This document shows, piece after piece, positions 44,982-55,526 of a stretch of 64,000 nucleotides of DNA. The position numbers and the translations under genes were made by a program. Numbering within the stretch: position 1 is the first letter of the stretch; each line of letters starts with the position of its first letter. Source of the DNA: Nitrospirota bacterium (lineage in GTDB: Bacteria; Nitrospirota; Thermodesulfovibrionia; Thermodesulfovibrionales; Magnetobacteriaceae); the NCBI GenBank assembly GCA_015233615.1, contig JADFXJ010000002.1:10667-74666 (forward strand), in the 5' to 3' direction. Below the pieces are notes generated by a model, which had not been told where the DNA came from, made no database searches, and was given only the letters and a program-made list of their open reading frames with translations.

Positions 44982-47297
44982 TTACACCATGACGCCGCCA
45001 ATCCTTCGCGGATACTGGTTGTCTTTAAATCTGAAAATAAAGGATGCACCTGCGTTAGTGCCAATCTCCACGCTTCCCCTTAGTTGAGACTCGATAAGTC
45101 CCTTGACGAGTTGCATACCAAGAGTCGGGGTCTCATCGAAATCAAAACCGTCGGGAAACCCCTCGCCGCTGTCCCGGTAGTGTAAGAATAGCTCGCCATT
45201 GTCCTGAGCGTTAAGGGTTATGTCTATCTCTAACGTCCCATTATCACGCACGGCGTACTTTAACGAGTTCGTCATGAGTTCGTTGATGATCAGTCCGCAG
45301 GGCAAAGCAACTTCTATAGAGAGGGGGATGCTCTCGACGTCGAACCTGACGGTGATTTTTTCGTTATGCATTCTGAAGTTTCTCACCAGGGTATTTGCCA
45401 GTTCCCTAATGTACTGTCCAATGTCGATAGACGACAGGTCCTTAGACCTGTAGAGCATTTCGTGAACGAGAGACATCGAAAAGATCCGGCTTTTGATCTC
45501 CTTAAACACGTACTGAAGCTTCTTGTCCTCTACATACTGAGACTGAAGTGTAACCAGGCTGTTTATTACCTGCATATTGTTCTTTGTGCGATGAAAAACT
45601 TCCCTAATCAATATCTCCTTTTCGTTGATTGACTTATTGAGCTGTTCCTCCACCATTTTGCGTTTCGTAATGTCTATCATCGACACAAAAACCCTTCCCC
45701 ACGAATCTTCATATCCCGGTGCTATGTTGGCACTCACAACTATCCATAGCCTCTCGCCCGTGAGTGTCTCGCAGTCCGATTCGCTATCGAATTCCGCCTT
45801 ACCCATGGCGAAGGTTGACAGTTCCTCCGCTAATACCCTGAGCGATGCATCCGTTAAAACCAACCGGAGACCGGGCTCTATGACCTCTTCGTATGAGGCT
45901 TTGAGCATGGAGAGCGTACTGTGGTTAACGTCGATAATTCTTACGAGCCCGGCACAGACGTTAACTTCATCCGGGTGCTCCCTGAAATACGACGAAAAAT
46001 CGTTTACCCCCCTTACCCGCAATTCATCCATGCGGGATTTGACCGCAGAAAAATCCTCTTCCCATAACGATATGGGAGAGTTTTCGAAGAGGCTCCTGAA
46101 TCGCGCTTCGTTTGTCACCAGGGCCTTTTCCGCGTTTATGCGGTCGGTAACGTTCAGAAGTGTGTGTATTAAACCAATGATCCGGCCTTTATCGTCCTTC
46201 ACCGGCACCAGGCTCCAGTCCCAGTACATGTTGGCACGTTCCTGGTGGTTTACGTACCCGAAGCGTTTGGCGAATTGGAATTGGGGCTCCCCTTTTTCGA
46301 CCGCGGTTCGAAAGATCTCCTCGTTTTCCCGGCCCGGATAAAGGTCGAAGTGGTTTTTCCCCACGAAATAAGAGGGCTCGCGCATGTCCGAAAGAGCATA
46401 TGCGCGGTTGACGCGTATAAAATTGAAGTCTCTGTCCAGGTAGGCAACCATCATGTGGGTGTGATCGAATATGGTTTCGAGCAGCCGATTGGCATTGCTT
46501 AGTTCCTCCGTCGCCCTCACGCGTCCCCGGATGTTCCTTTTCATGTTAAAGAAAGCAAATGCCATCAATAAAAAACCTATCGACCAGATTGCCACGTGTG
46601 AGAGAGCCAGTATTTTTATCCCCCTTTTTTCCATAGCGAAGTATTGTGCCATGGGCACGGAAACTCCAACACCTCCGCGAATGTCACCCACATTGTATCC
46701 CTGAAAGGCGTGGCACTTCAGGCAACCCTGAGTGGTAATCATCGGGCGCATAAGCCGAAGAAACGGCTTACCTTCGATGGTTGTGAGTTCAAAAACCTCT
46801 TTTGACCCGTTTTGAAAGGCGGTAAGAGCCTTTTGCTCCCACGTGTCGGGCTTGTTTGCGGGGTTGAGAGCTTTGAAACTGGTAATACGTCCGCGAATAC
46901 CGTAAAAATCTGCAAACTCGTTCATCAACTGACGCAGCATATAAGCGGGATTCATTAGAGTGAGGTGTTTGCCGGCGGTGGTAACTACGTCCCGGTCCGG
47001 TATATGGCTGAGGTAAGGGTTAGGCGGAGTCCTTTCATCGGGCGGTACGTATACGCCTCCATGTCTCGATGCCCAGATGCGAAAGGCATAATCCTTGTTA
47101 AAATTGGCTACCGCTTCATTTCTCGCTAATTCGAATGAGCGTCGGCGTTCGTTTACTATATTCCATCCCGCAGAGGCTGCGATGAGTAACGTCCAGGCGA
47201 TAACTATTACTCCCGTATATCGATAGAGCAGATTCATCACCTTACCCACACCTTTATAAAAGTACGGTAACGGTTGTTTTAATTTCTCGAGTCCCAA
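44982..47297 (-). CDS. sensor kinase: DUF3365 (Tll0287-like, CXXCH) - TM - PAS x2 - HisKA_2/HWE-type kinase
   Basis: The periplasmic domain carries GCLKCH. The H-box is FHRTKNNMQVINSLVTLQS, followed by an HATPase region (INELMTNSLKYA). An alternative start lies at 47237. Confidence 0.85.
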   Translation of the reverse strand: MGLEKLKQPLPYFYKGVGKVMNLLYRYTGVIVIAWTLLIAASAGWNIVNERRRSFELARNEAVANFNKDYAFRIWASRHGGVYVPPDERTPPNPYLSHIPDRDVVTTAGKHLTLMNPAYMLRQLMNEFADFYGIRGRITSFKALNPANKPDTWEQKALTAFQNGSKEVFELTTIEGKPFLRLMRPMITTQGCLKCHAFQGYNVGDIRGGVGVSVPMAQYFAMEKRGIKILALSHVAIWSIGFLLMAFAFFNMKRNIRGRVRATEELSNANRLLETIFDHTHMMVAYLDRDFNFIRVNRAYALSDMREPSYFVGKNHFDLYPGRENEEIFRTAVEKGEPQFQFAKRFGYVNHQERANMYWDWSLVPVKDDKGRIIGLIHTLLNVTDRINAEKALVTNEARFRSLFENSPISLWEEDFSAVKSRMDELRVRGVNDFSSYFREHPDEVNVCAGLVRIIDVNHSTLSMLKASYEEVIEPGLRLVLTDASLRVLAEELSTFAMGKAEFDSESDCETLTGERLWIVVSANIAPGYEDSWGRVFVSMIDITKRKMVEEQLNKSINEKEILIREVFHRTKNNMQVINSLVTLQSQYVEDKKLQYVFKEIKSRIFSMSLVHEMLYRSKDLSSIDIGQYIRELANTLVRNFRMHNEKITVRFDVESIPLSIEVALPCGLIINELMTNSLKYAVRDNGTLEIDITLNAQDNGELFLHYRDSGEGFPDGFDFDETPTLGMQLVKGLIESQLRGSVEIGTNAGASFIFRFKDNQYPRRIGGVMV

Positions 47298-47365
47298 TTC
47301 AGCAGGTTAACCCGCCACTAAGCCGAAAAACCACACGAGTGAAAAACGATTAAATTCTGCTCTTT

Positions 47366-47423
47366 ACTTATACTTTTGGGTTTATACTTTTCGGACTTAC
47401 TCTTTCGTACTTATACCTTTTGA
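47366..47423. repeat. 14-15 bp x4 tandem repeat upstream of the sensor kinase
   Basis: Units are acttatacttttggg / tttatacttttcgg / acttactctttcgt / acttataccttttga. Confidence 0.75.
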
Positions 47424-47612
47424 TCCGCCCTTCTTGACCCCATAGTATCTTCCCTTTCAATAGCCTTTTTTTTATTATATCCCATGTGCATGTCAAAAAG
47501 CAAAGAAAAAACGCCGGCGTTGAAGATTCAATTTCTCTCAAGACATATCTCTGAGTAGATTCGCACTTAGAGCGCGTTCAAAAATAAGTGAGCCATTAAA
47601 ACCTCAAATTCA

Positions 47613-47876
47613 TCAAGTGTCATAAACATCCTTTCTCAAACCAACTTTAATAATTGTAATTGTGCGTCTATCTTTATCGATTGAATATAGAACCCTGCAC
47701 TTTCCAAGTCTGTAACTATACAAACCGGTATGTTCACCCTTAAGAGGCTTACCTAACTCGAAAGGGGCAGAACAAAGGTATGACATCACTTTGTCATAAA
47801 CGGAGGCGGCAAGCCTTTTATCCATAGACTCTAGATCGTCAAGCGCATCTTCATGAAAGATAACTCTATAAAACAA
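47613..47876 (-). CDS. RelE/ParE-family toxin
   Basis: YRVIFHEDALDDL...YSYRLGKCRVLYSIDKDRRTITIIKVGLRKDVY is the RelE/ParE pattern. It overlaps the upstream small gene by 11 bp. Confidence 0.8.
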   Translation of the reverse strand: MFYRVIFHEDALDDLESMDKRLAASVYDKVMSYLCSAPFELGKPLKGEHTGLYSYRLGKCRVLYSIDKDRRTITIIKVGLRKDVYDT

Positions 47877-48033
47877 GACGTTTTTTTACCTCTTCCGCCG
47901 TGAAATATTTGCTTTCCTTATCATTCATACGTGCAATAGCCTCATCGGCATCTAACTGCTCATCGAGATAATCATCGACAACCCTTCTTATAAAAGTTTC
48001 AAGTTCATCAACATCCATATCGGCAACTTTCAT
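47866..48033 (-). CDS. putative cognate antitoxin
   Basis: SD gggagg precedes the ATG at 48033. It is a 55-aa acidic protein. The call rests on position and overlap with the toxin gene, with no family motif recognised. Confidence 0.55.
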   Translation of the reverse strand: MKVADMDVDELETFIRRVVDDYLDEQLDADEAIARMNDKESKYFTAEEVKKRLVL

Positions 48034-48264
48034 AACAAAACCTCCCATTCAACGATTAAATAAAATGTACAAGAGTTCTTTAAACCCACCGATTGACAAA
48101 CAGCCGCCAAGAACAATAACGGCCAACGCACGCGTCTCGATAGGATTTGATATACATACCACTATTATACATCCTGTCATGGTCATTATCAAGCAAAAAT
48201 CATCGGCGATGAAGAGTGAAGAGTGGAAGAAAACGGCAGTGCAAACGCATGCAGCTCCCTGACG

Positions 48265-51096
48265 TTACATCTGAAAAGTGAATCCCTTTTCGAAAACCTT
48301 CAGGCATGCATCCACTACGCTTGGGTCGTACAGTATGCCTCCGTTTCCGGATATTTCCTCCAGGGCCTTATCGGTTCCCAAAGCCGGACGGTAGGGCCGG
48401 TGGTTGGCCATGGCCTCCACTACGTCCGCAACGCATATAATCCTGGCCTCCAGGAGTATCTCCTGCCCCCGCAAGCCCATGGGATAACCGGTGCCGTTTA
48501 TCTTTTCGTGGTGCTGAAGCACTATACCGGCTACGGGATATGGGAACTCTATGCCCTTCAATATATCGTACCCTATTTGCGGGTGATCTTTTATTATACT
48601 GAATTCGTTGTCCCTTAGTTTGCCCGGCTTGCTCAGTATTTCAGCCGGCACGTATATCTTGCCGATGTCGTGGATGGAGGAGGCCACACGTATGCATTCG
48701 ACCTGCGTGTCGCCAAGGCCCATCTCGTGTGCTATGGCGCGGGCCAGGTCCGACACCCTTCGTTGGTGGCCTGCCGTGTAGGGGTCTTTTGCCTCCACAG
48801 CCGCCGACATGGCCTGAATTATTCCTCCGGTGAGTTTACGGAGCTTTTCGAGGCTCTGCTGAAGTTCGAGAATACCTCTGTTTCTCCTGGTCATGTCCCT
48901 GACGATGCCGGTGAAAAACGTGCCCTTTCGTGCCGTCCACCGCGCAATGGAAAGCTCGATGGGAAACTCCGTGCCGTCTTTCCTCCGACCTTGAAGCTCC
49001 ACGGTCTTACCCAGTATCGCGGAGTTTCCGGATTCGATGGTCTCTGCTATGCGCATCAATCCACCGGTGTGGGCATCCCTGTATCTTTCCGGCATGAGCA
49101 TGGTTATGGGGTTGCCTATCATCTCCATGGTAGTGTAGCCGAACATGGATGTAGCGGCGTTATTCCAAAGAACTGTTTTGCCTTCGCCGGTTACGGAGAT
49201 TATGGCGCTTTTGGCGGTCTGTACCACGCAGCGAAGGTGCTCTTCCTTTTCCGTAAGTATCTCCTCGGCCCGTTTTCTAACTATTATGCCCGCCAGTGTG
49301 TTGGCTATCGTCTTTAATATGCTCTCCTCGCCGTAGTCCCTCTTATGTCCTTCCCTAAGGTAAATGGTTAGCACGCCTATTACCAGATCGTTGTACTTGA
49401 TGGGTATAGCGTAATGGCCATGGGGCGGCATACCATCGTAGGAGAGAGTATGCATTTCGTCAATCCTGTCGTTAAAGATGATCTCGCCGCGTTGCGCCGC
49501 TACTCCACAGACGCACGTCCCGATAGCAACGGTGCCGCACAGAATAAGCTGCTGCGATGAAAAGTTGTGTACCTTTGCGCTTAGCGTATTATCGTCATCG
49601 TTTACGATAAATATGCAGCCACTGGCAAGGAGCGAAAGCCTGGGTATGGATAATATCAGCCGGAGGGCTTCTTTTAATTGCTCCTCAAACGGTATGGGCT
49701 CTAAGGATACCTGGAATATCTTATTTATGATGTCCTGAAGCTGGTATTGTTCGACGATTTTAGCCTCGGCCTTCCTGAACGGGGTGATGTCTTCCATTAT
49801 CTCCAGAAAGCTCACGGTGTTGCCGTTTTCATCGAACTCCGGTATTGTGGTTAACCGAATGTACCTGTCTCCCCAAAAGCACTCCGTTACTACGGGGATT
49901 CCCTCTTTTTCACATCTGTCTTTTGTGCAGCAACTGCATAATTTGTCCATTCCAACGAGGGTTTCGTCGTTGGCAAACTCTCCTATCTTGTCGTAGCACC
50001 GCTTACCCACCAGCTCTTCATGTTTGAGGCCGGTAATTTCCGATACAAACCGGTTTGCATCCAATATCCTGTAGTCATTGTCGAGATAAGCGACGCCAAT
50101 CGGCAGGTTATCGACAACGGTTTTAGTCTGAATTCCGAAGACGCCCGGCCTCTCCTGCGTCTGCTTCGATGCGCTTATTTCGTGGAAAACTCCTATAATG
50201 CCCGCTACTTTGCCGGTGATATCTCTGTAAATGCCCCTGCTGGCCATGAAAACGCCGACGGTGTTGCCAACGTTCAAAGTTTCCGTGCAGACGTAAGTAC
50301 CGCCGCCGGCAAGTACCTGCCCGTCTACTTCCATAATACTTTTGGCCAATTCTGGGGACAACAGTTCCATGTCCGTCTTACCGCGAAGCTCTTCCCTGGT
50401 TTTACCGAAGAAGGTGCAGAAGGCAGAGTTAAAGAGCACGTAGCGCCCCTCTGTATCTTTTAAGTAAGCGGGGTAATCGATTCCCTCTATAACCGAGCCG
50501 ACTACGGCGCTCTCGTTCCTGGATTGCTCAAGGAAAATTTTACTGCCGGTTATATCGGTTACGATTCCGCCATACCCGGTTACCGTCGAGTCCGCTGCGT
50601 AATCCACAAGAGGAGTGTTTTTCACCCACCGTAAGGAGCCGTCCTTACGGACGATACGATACTCGAAAGGCTCGTCGTTACCGGTCCTTATATATTCCAT
50701 GCGCTTCGAAACCCAGGGTCTGTCATCGTCGTGAATGATGCTGCTCCAGAGATCCGGCTCTATTGAGTAATCGGAGGACGTATAACCTGTAACCGCTTCG
50801 CATCCCGGCCCGTACGTCATCTTAGGGGACATGCTGCCGTTGAGTTCCCTTTCTAATACGTCATTGTCGCGAAACTTGTCCCCGTCGGCGATCGGGAAGC
50901 GGCAGTCCACTTCCATGCTATAGGCATATCCATTTATGGCAAGTACAAGCTTCTCATACCTATTTTGAAGTCTCTTGCTCTTTTCTTCAAGATTTTTAAC
51001 GTCACCCCTGAGTGCGAGGTTAGCCCTTTTAAGCTCTTCCGCTTTTTCTTTTAGTTTTAGTAAAACAACGTCTTCCGGCATATCGGTATTCCTCAT
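48265..51096 (-). CDS. multi-PAS/GAF HD-GYP domain protein
   Basis: N-terminal coiled coil, several PAS-like segments and a GAF-like segment. The C-terminal part reads TAGHQRRVSDLARAIA...SSIHDIGKIYVP...LQHHEKINGTGYPMG. Confidence 0.9.
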   Translation of the reverse strand: MRNTDMPEDVVLLKLKEKAEELKRANLALRGDVKNLEEKSKRLQNRYEKLVLAINGYAYSMEVDCRFPIADGDKFRDNDVLERELNGSMSPKMTYGPGCEAVTGYTSSDYSIEPDLWSSIIHDDDRPWVSKRMEYIRTGNDEPFEYRIVRKDGSLRWVKNTPLVDYAADSTVTGYGGIVTDITGSKIFLEQSRNESAVVGSVIEGIDYPAYLKDTEGRYVLFNSAFCTFFGKTREELRGKTDMELLSPELAKSIMEVDGQVLAGGGTYVCTETLNVGNTVGVFMASRGIYRDITGKVAGIIGVFHEISASKQTQERPGVFGIQTKTVVDNLPIGVAYLDNDYRILDANRFVSEITGLKHEELVGKRCYDKIGEFANDETLVGMDKLCSCCTKDRCEKEGIPVVTECFWGDRYIRLTTIPEFDENGNTVSFLEIMEDITPFRKAEAKIVEQYQLQDIINKIFQVSLEPIPFEEQLKEALRLILSIPRLSLLASGCIFIVNDDDNTLSAKVHNFSSQQLILCGTVAIGTCVCGVAAQRGEIIFNDRIDEMHTLSYDGMPPHGHYAIPIKYNDLVIGVLTIYLREGHKRDYGEESILKTIANTLAGIIVRKRAEEILTEKEEHLRCVVQTAKSAIISVTGEGKTVLWNNAATSMFGYTTMEMIGNPITMLMPERYRDAHTGGLMRIAETIESGNSAILGKTVELQGRRKDGTEFPIELSIARWTARKGTFFTGIVRDMTRRNRGILELQQSLEKLRKLTGGIIQAMSAAVEAKDPYTAGHQRRVSDLARAIAHEMGLGDTQVECIRVASSIHDIGKIYVPAEILSKPGKLRDNEFSIIKDHPQIGYDILKGIEFPYPVAGIVLQHHEKINGTGYPMGLRGQEILLEARIICVADVVEAMANHRPYRPALGTDKALEEISGNGGILYDPSVVDACLKVFEKGFTFQM

Positions 51097-51249
51097 CCTC
51101 TTTAATAAATGGCCTAAGCTTACACGAACACTATTTTATTACAATGGGCAGTTATTGTCAAACTGTAACCAAATTACAAGAAAAGCTCCTAATGGCTGCC
51201 GGCCATGGGAGCGACTGATTTATATGATTTGGAATGATTGGGCTGGCCG

Positions 51250-52914
51250 TCATGGCCGGGGCTGGCTATCATGGCCGGATTGGCCGGTATTAAACTGTTC
51301 TACGATTCCGAGAAGGCCGGAGGAAAGCTCCGACAGGCTGGAGGCGGACTCTGATATATGGCCGGAGCTCCGGGACGTGTCTTTCGAAACGCCGGCTATG
51401 GCGTCGATGTCATTTGTGATTTGTTCGGATACGGTGGACATCTCCTCCGTGGCAGTGGCTATCTGGTGGACCATGGAGTGTAAACTCTCTACGCTCGTGA
51501 CGATTTTGCTCAGGGCCATCCCGGCCTGCGTGGAGTAATCCACGCCGGTTTCAACCCGCCTGGTGGCCTCGTCCATGGAGGAAACGGCCTTGTCCACCTC
51601 GCTCTGTATAGAGCCTATCATGCCGCTTATCTCCGACGTAGCCTTAGACGTGCGCTCGGCGAGTTTCCTGACCTCGTCGGCCACTACGGCAAACCCGCGT
51701 CCCTGCTCTCCGGCCCTGGCAGCCTCTATGGCGGCGTTCAGAGCGAGCAGGTTTGTCTGGTCGGCTATATCTTTTATGACGTTGACGATCTCTCCGATCT
51801 CCTTTGACCGTACGCCAAGGGTAGCGATAAACCGGGCGGATTCGCTTACAGTGTCGGCTATCGCCTTTACCTCGTTAACGGACTTGGTTACTATTTTTTC
51901 GCCGTCTCTTGCGGTACCGGCCGTTGCTGCGGCTGAATTCGCTATTTCCGCCGCGTTTCTGGCCACGTCGGTTATAGTTTGAGACATCTCCTGGGCTGCT
52001 GCAGCTATTTGGGATGCACGTGATGACTGCTCCTCCACGCCACGTGAAGTTTGTCCCGAACTGACGCTAAGCTCCCGGCTGGCACCGGCTACATCGTTGG
52101 CAGCATTACGTAACTCCTCTACCAGCCTGCGCAGATTGCCGGCCATCCCATCGAGAGCCTTGAAGAGGCGCCCTATATCATCACCCCTCTCGACGTTGGT
52201 TTTTCCGCTCAGGTCGCCCTCAGCCACGGCTTTCGCGAACTCGACGCACTTATTTATTGGGTTGCCTATGAATTTCGAAGCGAACATCCCCATGGCTGTA
52301 GCCCCTATTACGGACAGGATGCTGAAGATTATCATGACGACCCTGGATTGGCCGGAGGAAGACATGTTTGCTTTGAGCAACACCTTCCCCTGGCTGTCAA
52401 TTTTTTCTATCAGATTTTCGATTGACAACTGGACATCATTCGCCGCCACGCGACCGTCGTTTTTAAACAGCATGGAGACCTCATCGGTTTTCCCTGCCCT
52501 GGCAAGGGATACGATCCGGTCGATTACCGATTGATACTTATCGTCGCTATTCTTGAATTGGTTGAAAAGGGAGCGTATTTCTTCATTCCTGATGTTTTTT
52601 TCGAATGCACCTGTATCACTTTCTATTATGCCCTTCATCTCGTTTATCCTGTCGACGTTTTTCCTGCGTTCCTCGTCGCTTGCGGCCTGCCATACGTAGT
52701 CCCTTATCTGGATCAATATTCTCTGGAAGGAAGTCTCTATTTCGTTTAACATCTCCAGTGGTTGAACCACCTCTTCATAGAGCCGTTTATCAGCTTCTTC
52801 CATTTTTATAAGACGCGTTATGCTGTATCCGCCTATTGCACCCATGGCAATGGCACCTGCCAGGAAGGCCGAGAATATTTTGCCGCTTATTTTCATGTCG
52901 ACTAACCATTTCAT
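51250..52914 (-). CDS. methyl-accepting chemotaxis protein (paralogue 1)
   Basis: TM - periplasmic 4HB-like - TM - HAMP - signalling domain, with the hairpin motif [39 protein letters not shown]. Confidence 0.95.
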   Translation of the reverse strand: MKWLVDMKISGKIFSAFLAGAIAMGAIGGYSITRLIKMEEADKRLYEEVVQPLEMLNEIETSFQRILIQIRDYVWQAASDEERRKNVDRINEMKGIIESDTGAFEKNIRNEEIRSLFNQFKNSDDKYQSVIDRIVSLARAGKTDEVSMLFKNDGRVAANDVQLSIENLIEKIDSQGKVLLKANMSSSGQSRVVMIIFSILSVIGATAMGMFASKFIGNPINKCVEFAKAVAEGDLSGKTNVERGDDIGRLFKALDGMAGNLRRLVEELRNAANDVAGASRELSVSSGQTSRGVEEQSSRASQIAAAAQEMSQTITDVARNAAEIANSAAATAGTARDGEKIVTKSVNEVKAIADTVSESARFIATLGVRSKEIGEIVNVIKDIADQTNLLALNAAIEAARAGEQGRGFAVVADEVRKLAERTSKATSEISGMIGSIQSEVDKAVSSMDEATRRVETGVDYSTQAGMALSKIVTSVESLHSMVHQIATATEEMSTVSEQITNDIDAIAGVSKDTSRSSGHISESASSLSELSSGLLGIVEQFNTGQSGHDSQPRP

Positions 52915-52974
52915 AATTTACGAATCTCCCGTCATAATTTACGAATCTCCTGCGGAATCTCTTGCTGAATCTCC
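52912..52974 (-). promoter_or_regulatory. duplicated SD-ATG block and GAGATTC repeats at the 5' end of MCP paralogue 1
   Basis: On the minus strand, ggagattcgtaaattatg occurs twice, 21 bp apart (52950-52933 and 52929-52912). Two further (g/a)gagattc copies precede it. The upstream copy opens a 5-codon ORF, MTGDS. Confidence 0.7.
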
Positions 52975-53207
52975 TAAACCTACCTAAGTGATTCTATCCC
53001 CCACTTAAAATTCAAGATGGCGGCCGCCTATTAAGAAACACTCTTCCTCCTTTATTATACCACAACATACAACAACGCTATGAACCAATACTTTATGAAC
53101 CAATCCTTATAGTCCAGGTGTTATAACGGGGAATCCCGGACATCTGCGGAAATCGGAGAGCAAGATTAGAAACCAGGCAGCGATACGGACGACGATAAAA
53201 GATGAAA

Positions 53208-53274
53208 GTTACTTTACTAACGTTACTTTACCGATGTTACCCTGCCAATGTTACTTTACCAGGCAGTTTACCAC
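53208..53274. repeat. 14-bp x4.5 tandem repeat at the 3' end of the flavin reductase gene
   Basis: Units are gttactttactaac / gttactttaccgat / gttaccctgccaat / gttactttaccagg / cagtttaccac. Confidence 0.8.
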
Positions 53275-53757
53275 TTCACCTATGTACATACGGTGGTAAT
53301 CTTTTAAAGGATACTTGCTGTCAATCAAGGGGTCTGCAAAGTTTATTGGCGTTATGTCCTGGTAATAAATTTTTCGACACTCCATAACCAGGCGGGCCTC
53401 GTCGAAGTACACGCACCCGGAGGCGCCCCCGATGGGGGTAAGTCCGGTTTTTACCGGCTTGTCTACGTCTCTGCCGGAGTTTGTGCCGCAGAAGGTGAGC
53501 ACGTTCCTGAATTCGACGTTAAAAAAAGAGAGACTGAAGTAATCGCTCTGCTCCATGAAGCTATAGGTGTAGCGAGTGGGCCTGATGACGCAAAAACAAA
53601 CGTTCATGTCCCAAAGTACGCCCATGCCGCCCCAACTGCCGGTCATAGTATTGAAACCGTCTATTTTGCCGGCAGTAATGAGCATCCAGTCCGTACCTAC
53701 GAGCTTAAACACGTTATCGGCTATGGTCTGCGGATTAACTTTCCTGAATTCACTCAT
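53251..53757 (-). CDS. flavin reductase-like (FMN-binding split barrel) protein
   Basis: WMLITAGKIDGFNTMTGSWGGMGVLWDMNVCFCVIRPTRYTYSF is typical of the flavin reductase-like domain family. Confidence 0.8.
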   Translation of the reverse strand: MSEFRKVNPQTIADNVFKLVGTDWMLITAGKIDGFNTMTGSWGGMGVLWDMNVCFCVIRPTRYTYSFMEQSDYFSLSFFNVEFRNVLTFCGTNSGRDVDKPVKTGLTPIGGASGCVYFDEARLVMECRKIYYQDITPINFADPLIDSKYPLKDYHRMYIGEVVNCLVK

Positions 53758-53789
53758 TGGTACATACCTGCATAGTTATCATAGTCTCC

Positions 53790-55526
53790 TCATAATAGTC
53801 TCTTCTGGCTCCTCTGGCTACCGGCCATGGAAACTGCCGATTTATTATATAACCGGGGTTGGCCGTATTGGCCGCTCTGGCCGGATTGGCCTCTTTGGCC
53901 GGTATTAAACTGCTCTACGATTCTGAGAAGGTCTGAGGAAAGACCCGAAAGACTGGAGGCGGACTGTGATATATGGCCGGAGCTCTGGGACGTGTCTCTG
54001 GAAACGTTGGCTATGGTGTCGATGTCGTTGGTGATCTGTTCGGATACGGTGGACATCTCCTCCGTGGCAGTGGCAATCTGGTGTACCATGGAGTGGAGCC
54101 CTTCGACGCTCGAGACGATTTTGCTCAGGGCCATCCCGGCCTGCGTGGAGTAATCCACGCCGGTTTCAACCCGCCTGGTGGCCTCGTCCATGGAGGAAAC
54201 GGCCTTGTCCACCTCGCTCTGTATAGAGCCTATCATGCCGCTTATCTCCGACGTAGCCTTAGACGTGCGCTCGGCGAGTTTCCTGACCTCGTCGGCCACT
54301 ACGGCAAACCCGCGTCCCTGCTCTCCGGCCCTGGCAGCCTCTATGGCGGCGTTCAGAGCGAGCAGGTTTGTCTGGTCGGCTATATCTTTTATGACGTTGA
54401 CGATCTCTCCGATCTCCTTTGACCGTACGCCAAGGGTAGTAATGAACTGGGCGGATTCGCTGACGGTGTCTGCTATAGCCTTTACCTCGTTAACTGACCT
54501 GGATACGATATTTTCGCCGGCTTTTGCCGTAGTGGTCGTTTCTGCGGCTGAATTCGCTATCTCGGACGCGTTTCTGGCCACGTCGTTAACGGTCTGGGAC
54601 ATCTGTTCGGCTGCAGTAGCTATCTGGGACGCACGGGATGACTGCTCGTCCACGCCCCGGGACGTTTGTCCCGAACTGGCACTAAGCTGCTGGCTGGCAC
54701 CGGCTATGTGGTCGGCGGCGTTACGAATCTCCTCTATCAGCTTGCGGAGATGGTCGGTCATATCGTCGAGGGCGTTGAAAAGATGACCTACTTCGTCACC
54801 CCTGTTAATGTTGATTTTCACACTCAGATCACCACCGGCCACTGCTTTGGCAAATTCGACACACTTATTTATTGGGGCGCTTATGAGCCTGGATAGCACC
54901 ATAGCAACAAGTATCGCACCTGCTACTATCAGCAAGGTAAAGACTATCATGACTATCTTGGATTGGCTTGCCAAAGAGGTGTTCTCTTCGATAAAGGCCT
55001 TGCCCTGGACGTCTTTGCTTTCCGTAAGCTTTTCGATGAACGACTCGGTACTCCTTGCCGTCACACGCCCGTCGCCCTTAAGAAGCATGAAGGCCTCATC
55101 GTTTTTCCCTGACTTATCGATGAGTATGATCCGGTCCAATATGGATACATACTTATCGTAGTCGCTTTTAAACTTATTGTACAAGGAGCGGGTTTCTTCC
55201 CCCTTGATGGTTTTTTCGAACGTGCCGGCATCTTTTTCAATTATCCCCTTCAACTCATTTATCCTGTCTAAGAACTTCCTGCGCTCATCTTCGTTTGTGG
55301 TCCAGACTAAGTCCCTTATGTTAACGCGCAGCCTCTGGAAGGAATCGTCAATTTCGCTTAATAACTTCATTGGTTGTACAACTTCTTTGTAGAGCATTTT
55401 ATCCGCATCTTCCATTTTTATGAGATGAATTATGCTGTAACTGCCTATCATGCCAGCCAAAATAGCACCTGCCAGTAAAGCGGTGAGTATTTTAACACTT
55501 ATTTTTAAGTCGATGAACCATTTCAT
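53790..55526 (-). CDS. methyl-accepting chemotaxis protein (paralogue 2)
   Basis: Same architecture as paralogue 1. The signalling hairpin is identical. It has a C-terminal GQ(S/Y/R) repeat tail. Confidence 0.95.
   Translation of the reverse strand: MKWFIDLKISVKILTALLAGAILAGMIGSYSIIHLIKMEDADKMLYKEVVQPMKLLSEIDDSFQRLRVNIRDLVWTTNEDERRKFLDRINELKGIIEKDAGTFEKTIKGEETRSLYNKFKSDYDKYVSILDRIILIDKSGKNDEAFMLLKGDGRVTARSTESFIEKLTESKDVQGKAFIEENTSLASQSKIVMIVFTLLIVAGAILVAMVLSRLISAPINKCVEFAKAVAGGDLSVKININRGDEVGHLFNALDDMTDHLRKLIEEIRNAADHIAGASQQLSASSGQTSRGVDEQSSRASQIATAAEQMSQTVNDVARNASEIANSAAETTTTAKAGENIVSRSVNEVKAIADTVSESAQFITTLGVRSKEIGEIVNVIKDIADQTNLLALNAAIEAARAGEQGRGFAVVADEVRKLAERTSKATSEISGMIGSIQSEVDKAVSSMDEATRRVETGVDYSTQAGMALSKIVSSVEGLHSMVHQIATATEEMSTVSEQITNDIDTIANVSRDTSQSSGHISQSASSLSGLSSDLLRIVEQFNTGQRGQSGQSGQYGQPRLYNKSAVSMAGSQRSQKRLL

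Noticed and set aside
45625-46341. 238-aa plus-strand ORF, and 48670..49317 (215 aa)
   Set aside because: Both are antisense to large signalling genes with clear domain motifs.
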